Shown here piece by piece: positions 16,489 to 23,479 of a stretch of 64,000 bases of DNA. The translations under genes and the position numbers were made by a program. Numbering within the stretch: position 1 is the first letter of the stretch; every line of letters starts with the position of its first letter. The notes under the pieces are model-generated. The model was given only the letters and a program-made list of their open reading frames with translations, did no database searches and was not told the DNA's origin. The stretch is from Bacilli bacterium (GTDB taxonomy: Bacteria > Bacillota_I > Bacilli_A > RFN20 > CAG-826). The stretch covers positions 15,854-79,853 of the forward strand of contig JBGUMU010000034.1 in assembly GCA_045116995.1 (NCBI GenBank), written 5' to 3'.

Positions 16489-17697
16489 ATGAAAAAGACA
16501 ATTAATCCATTAAAACTAGTTATCGGTATTCTCGGCTTATCGTCAGTCGCTGCTTTAGTGGGCTCAATAAGTGGTACCGTTGCGTGGTACGCATATTCAA
16601 CGCGTGCTCTTATTTCATATACCGGCACTTCTGCGCAATCTAGTGCGCAACTTCAAATTGGCTTGAGAGCTACAGAACGTGTTCCGTTGCTTGACGAAGA
16701 TCTTTTAGTTGATGAAGTAATCGAAGAAAATGGTTATTTTTACTACTTCACACATCTCGGCTCAGGCGGTATGCCATCAAGTGTCATTAATAAATATCTC
16801 GGTGGTAGTGGCTTTGCTACAACTACATTGGAGCCTGTATCAACTTATAGTTATGATGGCAGTCAACCATTTGTTTTGAAAAACTGCCCAACAACAAACG
16901 AACCAGAAGAACGCTCAAATGCGCCAACATCAAAGTATGTTAAGATTCCATTTGCGTTCCGTGTGTTCAATACAATTTCAAACGGTCAAACCGTAACAAC
17001 ATCAGTCGCAAATAAAAACATTTATTTAAGCAATGCTGTCGCACAAGTTAGCAATGAAAAGCTTGGTATCGGTGAAGCAATCCGCTTGTTTGTTGATAGA
17101 ACTGATAATTTAAGCGACTATATTTTTAATCCAAACGCTGCAACTGATGGCTCAACCAAAACCGGTGGTGTCTTAGATCTTTCCGGTAATGGATATTTCG
17201 ATTATGACAACAATCCTTCTCATGGTGATATATATCTCCATGAATACATCTATGGCGATTATTCTTATAAGACTGGCTATGGATTAAATAGTGGCTACGT
17301 AAGTCAAGGTGCAAACGATAGCGACTATCATGACATTAACAAAACAGGTGTTGATACCACAGAAGAAGGATTTGATGGTACAACATTTACAGCTAAACAC
17401 CGTAGAGGAACAATGCATTTAGACTACAGCAATGGCGAAGAATTGGAAGACTACGTGACTTTAGGAACGGCTTCTTACCTTGGCAAGAGTTCTGTATTCC
17501 CAACCAAAACCAATGGTGTCCTCTCTGGTAATAACTTTGTTTGTAAAACAGCTGAATCAAACGTTTCCGAAAAGAATATTGGTTCATTTGACTTAACTGT
17601 TTATATAGAAGGCTGGGATCGTGCCACAATCAATCAACATGGTAATGAATATTTCAATCTCGGCTTAACATTCGAAATCGGCGCAACAAATAGCTAA
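16489..17697 (+). CDS. SipW-type signal peptide protein, TasA-like paralogue P4
   Basis: ..ALVGSISGTVAWYAYSTRALI, then AIRLFV, then TVYIEGWD...FNLGLTFEI. Confidence 0.65.
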   Translation: MKKTINPLKLVIGILGLSSVAALVGSISGTVAWYAYSTRALISYTGTSAQSSAQLQIGLRATERVPLLDEDLLVDEVIEENGYFYYFTHLGSGGMPSSVINKYLGGSGFATTTLEPVSTYSYDGSQPFVLKNCPTTNEPEERSNAPTSKYVKIPFAFRVFNTISNGQTVTTSVANKNIYLSNAVAQVSNEKLGIGEAIRLFVDRTDNLSDYIFNPNAATDGSTKTGGVLDLSGNGYFDYDNNPSHGDIYLHEYIYGDYSYKTGYGLNSGYVSQGANDSDYHDINKTGVDTTEEGFDGTTFTAKHRRGTMHLDYSNGEELEDYVTLGTASYLGKSSVFPTKTNGVLSGNNFVCKTAESNVSEKNIGSFDLTVYIEGWDRATINQHGNEYFNLGLTFEIGATNS

Positions 17698-17708
17698 TGA
17701 GGTTTAAC

Positions 17709-18815
17709 ATGAGAAAAAGAAATCTAATCATTTCTCTCATATTAGGAACTGCAGCACTTACTGTGCTGGCTATTCCTGTGGCCACAATTGCATGGTATGC
17801 AAGTAGCGATCGTCTTCAAGTTAATTCAATTGATTTGGATTTAAGAACAGACGAATCTGTTGGCTTACTTATTGGTACAAGCGCTGATGAAGAAGCTTTT
17901 AAAGAAAAACTTGAAACAAAAGACTTAAAAAAAGTTGGTGAGTTTGTTCCTACTTCCAGTATGTTCCAAGATAGTTGGATGAGCACTAAAAGTGATTTAC
18001 CATTATTCTATGATTCAACATCCGATGTTGCTCCAGATGGCATTCCATCTCTAGAAGTTAGTAATAAAGGCTTTTTCCAACAAAAGTTATATCTTTTAAA
18101 CAACATTGATTATTATGTCACACTAGATACTGAGCAATCCTTTGTCACAAGTGACAAAAACTCTAATCATTTACGCGCGCAGGCTCTTGTGGGTAAAGTC
18201 GGTTCATTAACTGTTGATGAAATCGAAGAAAAATTAAACAACTTAGAGAACAGTATTAGATTCTCCATCCTTGTCAATACTCCAAATTACTACAAATACT
18301 TCATTGTTAATCCAAACAAAAAGGAAAACGAAGTCACATATTACGCTGGTAGATTAGACAACAATGGTGATGGTTATTTCGATACTTTTCCAGCTCTTGA
18401 TAATAACAACCAAGTAATTGAAAAAGAGATTATCTATGGTGAAATCGAAAATCGTAATCAAATCGCTTATGACAATCCTCAAAGCGATACATTAGCTCCT
18501 ATTGAAGATTATGATCCGTTTAGACACAATTTCTTTGGTAACTCATTCGAAGGAAAGAGCAAAGAAACTGCCTACACTTACAATGAACAAAATTCACTCC
18601 AAGCGGGTGTTAAATATAAAGAAGAACCATCTATCTCATTAGATGAAATCGCTTCCGATGACAATCCATTATTAATCCCATGCTATAACGGTGTTCCTAC
18701 CGAAATAGTGTTATCCATCTATTTAGAGGGTTGGGATTTAGATTGTTACAACTCCACAATGGGAGCGAGCTTCAATGCACAATTATCTTTTAAATTATTA
18801 AGGGGGATTATCTAA
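17709..18815 (+). CDS. SipW-type signal peptide protein, TasA-like paralogue P5
   Basis: MRKRNLIISLILGTAALTVLAIPVATIAWYASSDRLQV, then SIRFSI, then SIYLEGWD...FNAQLSFKL. ATG 17709 (GAGG 6 nt upstream) is preferred over ATG 17697. Confidence 0.65.
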   Translation: MRKRNLIISLILGTAALTVLAIPVATIAWYASSDRLQVNSIDLDLRTDESVGLLIGTSADEEAFKEKLETKDLKKVGEFVPTSSMFQDSWMSTKSDLPLFYDSTSDVAPDGIPSLEVSNKGFFQQKLYLLNNIDYYVTLDTEQSFVTSDKNSNHLRAQALVGKVGSLTVDEIEEKLNNLENSIRFSILVNTPNYYKYFIVNPNKKENEVTYYAGRLDNNGDGYFDTFPALDNNNQVIEKEIIYGEIENRNQIAYDNPQSDTLAPIEDYDPFRHNFFGNSFEGKSKETAYTYNEQNSLQAGVKYKEEPSISLDEIASDDNPLLIPCYNGVPTEIVLSIYLEGWDLDCYNSTMGASFNAQLSFKLLRGII

Positions 18816-18816
18816 T

Positions 18817-20340
18817 ATGGCTTCTTATTTCGAATATTTAAGGAAAATGTTCCTTTCAGTCCTACAACACATCGGTACATTCCTTTATAAGGCATTTATC
18901 TCACCATGGACTGATTTAGGCCGTAACTTTGCAGTCTATAACGACTACATGGGTGAACACTGGGCAACATTCGGTCCAGTCGGCTGGATTTTCTGGGTTA
19001 TTTTCCTATTATTATTCATCGGCTTAATCGCTGGTCTATTATTCTTACTTATCGTCTTCTTCCGTAAGTATGTACGTTTCGTGCGTAAAGAATTGGACAA
19101 AGAAGAATTATCTAGACAAGTTGATAGACTTAACTATGAGTTATTCCAAGCCATCCAAGAAAAAGATAAAATCCTCAACCTTAAAGTTGGTTATATGGGT
19201 TTACGTGGTGGTGAATCTCAATTAGATAAAGAAAGCCAAGAAATCGTTGAAGAAGTCTCCTCTAGATTCCCAAAACTTATCCATGTTGATAACAAATATA
19301 GAGGTTCTAACATGGATATTCCAAATAGACCAAACTTATCCCTCGAAGAATTATGTAATGCCTTCCGTAACTTCGCTGCATCTCAATTGAAGTTATATTA
19401 TAGGGAAGACGTTATTAAACAATTATTTGCCGGTATGGCCGCCTCTAAGTTAATCATCTTAGAAGGTATCTCTGGTACAGGTAAAACATCCTTAGCGTTC
19501 GCTCTTGGTAAATTCTTCAATTTCGATAGTGCGATTATTCCAGTTCAACCATCCTGGAAAGATAGAAGTGAATTATTAGGTTACTATAACGAATTCACTA
19601 AGAAATTCAATGAAACTGAATTCTTAAGAGCGTTATACACAACCACCTATAGACAAGATTTAGACGTCATCGTCCTCGATGAAATGAACTTAGCCCGTAT
19701 TGAATACTACTTCGCTGAATTCTTATCCATCATGGAAATGAGAGATCCTAACGATTGGGTCATCGATTTAATCCCAGCCCCAATGGCTAATGACCCAGTT
19801 AACTTAAAAGAAGGTAAACTCTTAATTCCTCAAAACGTCATCTTCTTTGGTACCGCCAATAACGATGATAGTACATTCACTATCTCTGATAAGGTCTATG
19901 ACCGTGCGGTCTCTATCTTCTTTGATGATAAGGGCAGACCATTTGAATGCGCTCCTCAAGAAGCCATGAACGTTCCATATAGTCAAATTAGAAAACTATA
20001 TGATGATGCGATTACCCAATTCCCAATCTCTAGAGATATGTCCGACAAGTTCGAACAACTCGATAACTTTGTCATTAAGAAATTCAAACTCGCCTTTGGT
20101 AACCGTATCTTAAAACAATTAGAAACATTTATCCCAGTCTACGTGGCCTGTGGTGGTAAAGAAGTCGATGGTTATGACTTCATCTTCACTAATAAGGTCT
20201 TAAAGAAATTCGAATCTCTTAACATCGCCTTCTTAAAAGACGAATTAAAAGAACTCGATGCTCAATTAGACAAAATGTATGGCAAGGGTAACTTCAAAAT
20301 GGCCCATAGCTATATCGATAACTTAATTAAAAACAACTAA
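18817..20340 (+). CDS. Membrane-anchored McrB-family (AAA_5-type) AAA+ NTPase
   Basis: N-terminal hydrophobic hairpin (GWIFWVIFLLLFIGLIAGLLFLLIVFF). Walker A LEGISGTGKTS (19465-19491). VIVLDEMNLARIEYYFAEFLSIME can be compared with McrB DEINRANLSKVFGE. FFGTANNDDSTFTISDKVYDRA can be compared with McrB GxMNTADRS...D.AxRRRF. Confidence 0.8.
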   Translation: MASYFEYLRKMFLSVLQHIGTFLYKAFISPWTDLGRNFAVYNDYMGEHWATFGPVGWIFWVIFLLLFIGLIAGLLFLLIVFFRKYVRFVRKELDKEELSRQVDRLNYELFQAIQEKDKILNLKVGYMGLRGGESQLDKESQEIVEEVSSRFPKLIHVDNKYRGSNMDIPNRPNLSLEELCNAFRNFAASQLKLYYREDVIKQLFAGMAASKLIILEGISGTGKTSLAFALGKFFNFDSAIIPVQPSWKDRSELLGYYNEFTKKFNETEFLRALYTTTYRQDLDVIVLDEMNLARIEYYFAEFLSIMEMRDPNDWVIDLIPAPMANDPVNLKEGKLLIPQNVIFFGTANNDDSTFTISDKVYDRAVSIFFDDKGRPFECAPQEAMNVPYSQIRKLYDDAITQFPISRDMSDKFEQLDNFVIKKFKLAFGNRILKQLETFIPVYVACGGKEVDGYDFIFTNKVLKKFESLNIAFLKDELKELDAQLDKMYGKGNFKMAHSYIDNLIKNN

Positions 20341-20350
20341 TTAAAACACC

Positions 20351-22597
20351 ATGAAAAAAACGAGTAACAGCAATAAGCAGATCAATAGAGCCTACCATAG
20401 TGCGCTTAAGAAAATCATCAAAGGTTCCCACGAAAAGGAAATCTATGATGCTTTAAGCGCGGGTAAGAACTCTTATTTAAGACTTGATCGTTTAGCGTCT
20501 TCCTCGTTTGATAAGAGCTGGATTGAAGTGATTGAAGGCTGTATCTTCGATTTAGGCGAAATCATCGCTAATCCAAGACAACACACTAAAATCACTGGCA
20601 ACTTAACACCAGTTGAACTCGCTAAAAAGGTCACATCAGAATCTGTCCAACACTTAGCGAGCCATACTCAATATATTAAAGAAGTCGATGAATACGGAAA
20701 CGTCATCCCTTCTAAAATCTTATCCATGAGTAGTGATGATGATTTACATACTTATGAAAATAGATTTATCGCTACATTCGTAAGAAGATTATTCTTATTC
20801 ATTTCTAAACGTTATGAATTCGTTTCTAAATTCGCCGAATTACATAACGAAGAAATCCTATACTTTAAAAACAAATCCATCGTCGATGGAGCGGAAGTAG
20901 AAATTGAAACAAAGATTAAAGTCTCTTATAAGAACGAAAACGAAGAAACTAGAATCAACAGTGGCTACGTTGAAAGAATCAAACAAACTAGAGACTATAT
21001 TTCCTATTTCTATAACTCTCCATTTATGAAACAAATGAAGAATGAAAAGGATGTTAGAAATCCAATCGTTCAAACAAACATCATTAGAAAGAACCCTAAA
21101 TATAGACACTGCTACGAAGTGTATAGATTCATCGAAACCTATGACCGTTTAGGCGTGAACTATAAGGTCGATGAAAACTATTCCATGTTCAATAACGAAG
21201 AGTTGGCGGAACTCAATAGAACATTATTCGCTAACTACGTGACCTTAAGAGGTAATGATGGTAGTAGAGAAAAGAAAGTTAACACTAAAGTCTATAAGCC
21301 ACGTATCTTAACAAGCTTAGAAGATGAATCATTTATATATGGTCCATTACTTGAAGGTCCAATTTCTTTTGCACGTGTGGATGATGGTTATCAAGCCTAT
21401 TTAGATAGCAAGATTAAAAAAGACTTACCACTCCATCCAACTAAGAAAGAAAAAGAATATTACGAAGATGAATACGCTGCGAAGAAAGAAAATCAACAAG
21501 ATCAAAAAGCTAAAGCCGATTTATTAAAACGCAGACAAAAAGAAGTTAACGCTTTTGAAAAGAAAGTGAAGAATATCTTAGCAAAACGTGAAGAAGCGAG
21601 ATTAAAACTCATCGAAGCGGAAAAGAACGCCATTAGACAAGAAGAAGAAGACTTAGTCAACGCCATGAGAAGAGAAATCATTGCTGCTTCGCAAAAAGAC
21701 GTTACTGAGATTGTTAACGCTAATAATGGTGGCAAACCATCTAAGAAAGCCGCTAAAGAAGAAGTTAAGGAATATAATCCAACAGTTTCATTTAATGACG
21801 CTGCGGATGAGATTTGGCCACAATTAAATAATCCAACTCCATTACCAGTGGAAGAAAAGCCAGCACCTCAACCAGTTAAACCAGTAATAGTGGAACAACC
21901 AGTTCAAGCAGAATCTGCCCCTGAAGCTAAACCAGCGCCAGCACCTGCTAAAGTTGAAAAGGTCTACATACCAACTGTTAGCTTCAACGAAGCCGCAGAC
22001 GAAATCTGGCCACAACTTAATAATCCAACCCCAATGGCTAAACCAGTGGAAGAAGTTAAAGTGGCCCCAGCCCCTGCTAAGAAGGCTAAAGTGGTTAAAC
22101 CTGCTCCAGTCGTGGAACAAGCACCAACTGAACAAAAACCAGTGGAAGCTAAACCAGCCCCACAACCAGTCAGAGTGGAAAAGGTTTATGTCCCAACAGT
22201 GAGCTTCAATGATGCTGCTGATGAGATTTGGCCACAATTAAATAATCCAAAACCACTTCCTAAAGAAGAGCCTAAACCAGCGCCAGTGCAAAAGCCTGCT
22301 CCTAAAAAAACAGAACCAGCGCCAGCGCCTGCCAAGGAACCTGTTAAGGAAGAAGCAAAGCCAAAAGGCAAACCAATTAAAAAGTATTTCTATAGAAGTG
22401 ATGGTACAGTGGCCATCATCTATAAGAAAGATAAGGCTCATAAGGAAGAAAAACCTGCTCTTACAAAGGAAGAGCCTAAGAAAGAAGAACCTGTTAAGGA
22501 ACAGCCAAAGGCTGAACCTAAAAAGGAAGAAAAGAAAGAAAACAAACCACAAAATGTGGTGAAGAGTAAAAAGACCCGTAAGAAATTTAGAAAGTAA
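20351..22597 (+). CDS. McrC-position partner protein: N-terminal globular domain (DUF2357/McrC-N-like guess), coiled-coil, Pro/Ala/Lys-rich tail with three conserved 19-aa motifs
   Basis: 748 aa with no TM. TYENRFIATFVRRLFLF resembles the ENRF box I associate with McrC/DUF2357 partners (from memory). There is a K/E-rich coiled-coil around aa 380-460. PTVSFN(D/E)AADEIWPQLNNP occurs three times in a PAPxPxK-type linker. No PD-(D/E)xK nuclease motif is recognisable by eye. Confidence 0.5.
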   Translation: MKKTSNSNKQINRAYHSALKKIIKGSHEKEIYDALSAGKNSYLRLDRLASSSFDKSWIEVIEGCIFDLGEIIANPRQHTKITGNLTPVELAKKVTSESVQHLASHTQYIKEVDEYGNVIPSKILSMSSDDDLHTYENRFIATFVRRLFLFISKRYEFVSKFAELHNEEILYFKNKSIVDGAEVEIETKIKVSYKNENEETRINSGYVERIKQTRDYISYFYNSPFMKQMKNEKDVRNPIVQTNIIRKNPKYRHCYEVYRFIETYDRLGVNYKVDENYSMFNNEELAELNRTLFANYVTLRGNDGSREKKVNTKVYKPRILTSLEDESFIYGPLLEGPISFARVDDGYQAYLDSKIKKDLPLHPTKKEKEYYEDEYAAKKENQQDQKAKADLLKRRQKEVNAFEKKVKNILAKREEARLKLIEAEKNAIRQEEEDLVNAMRREIIAASQKDVTEIVNANNGGKPSKKAAKEEVKEYNPTVSFNDAADEIWPQLNNPTPLPVEEKPAPQPVKPVIVEQPVQAESAPEAKPAPAPAKVEKVYIPTVSFNEAADEIWPQLNNPTPMAKPVEEVKVAPAPAKKAKVVKPAPVVEQAPTEQKPVEAKPAPQPVRVEKVYVPTVSFNDAADEIWPQLNNPKPLPKEEPKPAPVQKPAPKKTEPAPAPAKEPVKEEAKPKGKPIKKYFYRSDGTVAIIYKKDKAHKEEKPALTKEEPKKEEPVKEQPKAEPKKEEKKENKPQNVVKSKKTRKKFRK
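21779..22249 (+). repeat. Three in-frame copies of a 57-nt unit encoding PTVSFN(D/E)AADEIWPQLNNP
   Basis: Copies at 21779-21835, 21971-22027 and 22193-22249. The peptide is identical except for one D/E, while the DNA differs at many synonymous sites. Confidence 0.9.
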
Positions 22598-22600
22598 TTT

Positions 22601-23479
22601 ATGAGCGAAGTAGTTAAAGAAAAACGCGTCAAGAAACCAAAAAGTAAGGCCAGAAAAATCGTGGAATGGATCCTTACTGGTATTTTCCTCGTGATTTTCG
22701 GTGTCGTCATGGCCGCTCAAATTGATGGTATGGTCCATAAGAATGATCACTATGGTCAACAAATTAGATTTGGCTATGGTACCTTCATGGTTAAGACCGA
22801 TTCTATGAAACCAGTGTACGGCATTGATACTGCTTTAATTACTTACTTAGAAGACGCTGATAAAATCTACGACCGTTTCCAAAAGGGTGAAACTGTCGAT
22901 ATCACATTCGTCCATGTTCCAGTGGCTAATAACGAATATACCTCTCCTAGAGATAATCCAGAATTAACCGTTAGAACTAATGCTAGTAGTGATAAGCAAG
23001 TGGACGGCATCCCTATGACCCATAGAGTGAGAGAAATCCACATCAATGAAAGTGTCGCTAAAGGTAAAGGTCGTTACACATTCATCACCGCTGGTATCAA
23101 TACCAGAAGTGAATGGATGGGTTGGCAAGAAGGTCAACCAGATATGGTTATTAACCAATATCAAGCGATCACAGAAAAAGAACTATTAGGTAGAGTGGTG
23201 GTTAACTCTCCATTCTTAGGTGGTGTCTTCTCATTTGTGAGTTCTGTATTTGGTTTATTAATCTTATTACTCATCCCAGCATTTTATTTAGTCATCACTA
23301 GTGTGATTGATATATTTAAGGCTTATAAAGAGCCTGAAGAAGCTAAAGAAGGAGCAGGAGCCACACCAAATAGTGGTGGTACCGTTACTCTTTCCGAAGC
23401 GGACAAAAAGAGACTTAAAGAGCAACTATTAGAAGAAATGATTGCCAAGAAGAAAGGAGAAAGCAATGAAAACAAGTAG
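22601..23479 (+). CDS. sipW: SipW-like (S26B, ER/archaeal-type) signal peptidase I with an enlarged extracytoplasmic domain
   Basis: N-terminal TM. VKTDSMKPVY can be compared with SipW SGSMEP (Ser codon 22802-22804). QKGETVDITF, then MTHRVREI compared with VTHRIVDI (catalytic His). A C-terminal second TM (FGLLILLLIPAFYLVITSVIDIF) as in SipW. The GDNN Asp box reads AGINT. Confidence 0.75.
   Translation: MSEVVKEKRVKKPKSKARKIVEWILTGIFLVIFGVVMAAQIDGMVHKNDHYGQQIRFGYGTFMVKTDSMKPVYGIDTALITYLEDADKIYDRFQKGETVDITFVHVPVANNEYTSPRDNPELTVRTNASSDKQVDGIPMTHRVREIHINESVAKGKGRYTFITAGINTRSEWMGWQEGQPDMVINQYQAITEKELLGRVVVNSPFLGGVFSFVSSVFGLLILLLIPAFYLVITSVIDIFKAYKEPEEAKEGAGATPNSGGTVTLSEADKKRLKEQLLEEMIAKKKGESNENK

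Noticed and set aside
14211-18815. Type IV pilin or pseudopilin interpretation of the hydrophobic N-termini with A-W-Y
   Set aside because: There is no G/(F,M)-T-L-x-E prepilin cleavage motif, and no PilD-like peptidase, PilB/PilT ATPase or PilC platform in the locus. The motif matches the SipW-cognate pattern (G-T-x-A-x-F), and a SipW-like peptidase is encoded in cis.
21779-22249. Possible CRISPR-like or tandem DNA repeat (three 57-nt units spaced ~190-220 nt apart)
   Set aside because: The units are in-frame coding sequence, diverged at synonymous sites, with unequal spacing and no cas genes. This is a protein motif repeat, not a CRISPR array.
18817-22597. Interpretation of the AAA+/partner pair as a stand-alone McrBC restriction (defence) system inserted in the operon
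   Set aside because: This is considered less likely. The NTPase has a membrane hairpin in place of a DNA-reader domain. I see no PD-(D/E)xK nuclease motif in the partner. Both genes are packed 1-10 nt from the fibre-subunit and sipW genes on the same strand. It is not excluded without profile searches and assays.
21842-22762. Four minus-strand ORFs (21842-22237, 22186-22371, 22238-22762, 22438-22710) and a plus-strand ORF (21954-22202) with W/F/L-rich low-complexity translations
   Set aside because: They lie antisense to, or out of frame with, the Pro/Ala/Lys-rich tail of the 748-aa protein and the start of sipW. The lack of stops results from the biased codon composition. The sense frame carries the conserved triplicated motif.
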